DNA from: Candidatus Eiseniibacteriota bacterium
GTDB taxonomy: Bacteria; Eisenbacteria; RBG-16-71-46
Length of the DNA: 64,000 bases
Assembly (NCBI GenBank): GCA_963744995.1
Contig: CAVUWA010000010.1
Coordinates: 768,001 to 832,000, forward strand
Direction: 5' to 3'
Part shown: positions 62,926-64,000 of the stretch, piece by piece
How positions within the stretch are numbered: the first letter of the stretch is position 1
How the letters are laid out: each line of letters starts with the position of its first letter
The notes under the pieces: generated by a model
Told to the model about the DNA's origin: nothing
What the model saw: only the letters and a program-made list of their open reading frames with translations
Database searches by the model: none
Position numbers and translations under genes: made by a program

Positions 62926-63061
62926 GGGACGATCATTGGCCATCGTCGCTCGCCTGGCAATCGCTCTGATGCGTGGCGGAGGAAAATGTGACGCGCGGGA
63001 CCGCGCCCATGACGGCGCGGTGGGTCCACGGGCGCACGCCTCGGGCCGCACCGCCGGACGC

Positions 63062-63270
63062 ATGCTGATCCGCCCCGCGAACGCCGGCGCGCGACTCGAC
63101 TCGCTGTTCACCCTGCCGCGCCGCGAGGCCCCGGCCGTGCTGGCCGGGCTGATCGCGGACACGCTCGATCGGGTGGACGCGCACCGCCCCGACATTGATA
63201 CTGCACGGGCCCGCCGCCTGTTCGGAATGACACTGGAGGGGTGCACCGAGCGCCCCGCGTTCGGGGGGCC
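63062..63270 (+). pseudogene. Possible C-terminal remnant of a helical protein (DUF4037/nucleotidyltransferase-like)
   Basis: Protein-like amphipathic stretch MLIRPANAGARLDSLFTLPRREAPAVLAGLIADTLDRVDAHRPDIDTARARR with host-like codons but no recognisable N-terminus or tidy stop. Confidence 0.25.
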
Positions 63271-63287
63271 TCATGACCGGGTGACCC

Positions 63288-63923
63288 ATGCGACTGCTGA
63301 AGACGTTATTCGACTCGAACCGCAAGTGGGCCGAAGCCATCAAGCAGGAGCGGCCCGATTTCTTTTCCGCTCTGGCGCACCAGCAGAAACCGCGCTACCT
63401 GTGGATCGGCTGCGCCGACAGCCGCGTTCCCGCGAACCAGATCGTGGGACTCATGCCCGGCGAGCTGTTCGTCCACCGCAACGTCGCGAACCAGGTCGTG
63501 CACACCGACCTCAACTGTCTGTCGGTGCTCCAGTTCGCGGTCGACGTGCTGAAGGTCGAACACGTCATCGTCTGCGGCCACTACGGCTGCGGCGGCATCC
63601 AGGCCGCGCTCGAAGACCGCAGCCTCGGGCTCATCGACAACTGGCTCAGGCACGTGGAGGACGTGGCCGCGAAGCACGCGGGCGAGCTGGCGAAGCTCGC
63701 CGAGGGCAAGCGCCGCTTCGATCGCCTGAGCGAACTCAACGTGGTCGAGCAGGTCGCGAACGTGTGCCGCACGACGATCGTCCAGGACGCCTGGGCGCGC
63801 GGCCAGAGCCTCGCCGTGCACGGCTGGATCTACGCGATCGATGACGGGCTGCTGAAGGACCTCGGGGTGTGCTTCACCGCGCGCGAGGAGTTCGCCGGCG
63901 CGGGCGGAGCCGGGCAGCCGTGA
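63288..63923 (+). CDS. can: Beta-class carbonic anhydrase
   Basis: [54 protein letters not shown]. Confidence 0.95.
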   Translation: MRLLKTLFDSNRKWAEAIKQERPDFFSALAHQQKPRYLWIGCADSRVPANQIVGLMPGELFVHRNVANQVVHTDLNCLSVLQFAVDVLKVEHVIVCGHYGCGGIQAALEDRSLGLIDNWLRHVEDVAAKHAGELAKLAEGKRRFDRLSELNVVEQVANVCRTTIVQDAWARGQSLAVHGWIYAIDDGLLKDLGVCFTAREEFAGAGGAGQP

Positions 63924-64000
63924 CGCGGCGGCGCCGCGCGCCGCCCGCGAAGGCATCGCCATCCTGTCCGCGCGATAGCCACCGGCCGCACCGCTGAAGG

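Overview
High-GC bacterial chromosomal window with no rRNA, tRNA, CRISPR array, integrase or transposase visible. The content points to an FCB-superphylum lineage such as Candidatus Eisenbacteria (inference): three large secreted proteins ending in a T9SS-CTD/FlgD-Ig-like tail, futalosine-pathway genes mqnC, mqnA and mqnE, a DUF5916 protein, and a Ser/Thr kinase-TPR protein. The core is a ~22 kb alpha-glucan/trehalose cluster (treS, glucosylglycerate-synthase-like GT2, maltokinase, glgX, glgE, glgB, treZ, treY, DUF432, two mscS). The most unusual structure is a 3.38 kb compositionally atypical insert (13160-16539). It is flanked by a 309-bp direct repeat of the treS 3' end (307/309 identical, both differences synonymous). 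It carries two divergent secreted-protein genes separated by a C12 tract lying in overlapping promoter spacers, and it creates an in-frame HEXXH-metallopeptidase::TreS C-terminal chimera. Other notable items are a 179-bp MITE-like palindromic element, many leaderless-type promoters (one driving a 22-codon uORF), a palindromic operator over a DNA-repair radical SAM gene promoter, AlgR-like LytTR boxes, one frameshifted gene and two gene remnants. Product calls come from motif recognition by eye; no database search was run.
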